Source of the DNA: Mobula hypostoma
Lineage: Eukaryota
Assembly (NCBI RefSeq): GCF_963921235.1
Contig: NC_086097.1
Location: 26,476,001-26,540,000, forward strand
DNA: 64,000 nucleotides
Direction: 5' to 3'
How positions within the stretch are numbered: the first letter of the stretch is position 1; each line of letters opens with the position of its first letter. The translations under genes were made by a program, and so were the position numbers. A model generated the notes under the pieces. It was not told where the DNA came from. It ran no database searches and worked only from the letters and a program-made list of their open reading frames with translations. This document shows positions 63,086-64,000 of this stretch, piece by piece.

Positions 63086-64000
63086 TAACAAAATTTTCCT
63101 CTACTCTCCACAGCAGGTCTGTTAGAAAAATAAGTTACCAAGCAAGAACTGATTTGCTATATATTCTGAACAATCTTAGCAAAACTCGAGGCTGACTATC
63201 CCCGTTACAAGCAAGAACACTGCCAAATTGTCATTTTACCCTTCCACTGAACAGAAAACCTGTGTAATGATACCACAAAAGTAATTTAAACTTTGAAAAG
63301 CCAACTAATGAGGCCATTCATGTAAGTGATAAATTATTCACCACTAATGATTGAGTTCACATTAGTAAACCTTAAGGAAGGGAAGTCAAGCCCTCAATCG
63401 GAACAACAAAGTAAAAACACACTATGAACTTGATTCACCAGACATTCCTACCTAATAAGTTCTGGTGGTATTTTTAAAATCACGACCCTTTCTCTTCAGA
63501 CGTTCTGTTGACTTTCTTATTTTGAACAGCTGACAACAAAAGGCAATAAATGTTAATAGAAAGCAGACAGAATGAAAAATCTAAGAGTTGCCACTTGGAT
63601 TTCACAACCAGTCTGCTTAAAGCAGGGTTGTTCACAACAGACCTGCTTCAATCACACCTCACATCATCAGCCTGTCGAACAAGCAGACCCATCCTGCAAG
63701 CCTTTCACTCCCTATAATATCAATACGTTCCTCACAGCTATATTTTGCCAACACTCAGCGTGTAATCAGGCTCACCTTATGACACCACTACTACAGCACG
63801 AAATGAAGACAGACAAAATATCTGAAGACAAATGCTGCATTTAACGGCGCTTTGCAAAAAGTATGCTTCAAGATTGCTTTTGATTAATCTACGAGAGAAA
63901 CTCTACTAAAGTTTCCCATTTTAAGTTTATAGTATAGATAGCCAAAGTTTTAATTGGGCAACAAACATACCGTATGTATACAAATCACAGACACAGCCGT

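Overview
Vertebrate genomic DNA, about 40% GC by eye. It is almost certainly from a cartilaginous fish (ray-like); this is inferred from the CR1, Rex1/Babar, Penelope, V-SINE and Tc1 repeat mix and the FOXN3 sequence. Only one host exon is recognisable: the first coding exon of FOXN3 on the minus strand (exon 46514-47079, CDS 46514-47065, canonical AG/GT boundaries). The rest appears to be the two large flanking introns; I could not find the next exon or the upstream non-coding exon. The introns are dense with transposable elements: CR1, Rex1/Babar and RTE LINE fragments; Penelope (GIY-YIG) elements and their short derivatives; four Tc1/mariner families; a Charlie3/MER1-like hAT; pogo/Tigger MITEs; a solo LTR; and tRNA-derived SINEs. 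Main highlights: (1) the Penelope terminal repeat carries a minimal type-I hammerhead ribozyme motif in about 15 mostly decayed copies, and the copy at 38895-38930 keeps an intact core on the FOXN3 sense strand; (2) several foldback elements are centred on that motif; (3) a 641-bp TIR element with a 6-bp TSD sits inside the tip of a Tc1 TIR; (4) a four-level nested insertion splits an old local duplication; (5) a Tc1 transposase is one nonsense codon from intact; (6) a 28-bp minisatellite grew out of a CR1 RT active-site motif; (7) a snap-back hairpin lies at an RTE junction. All calls are by eye with no database searches. Repeat boundaries are approximate unless TIRs or TSDs are quoted.
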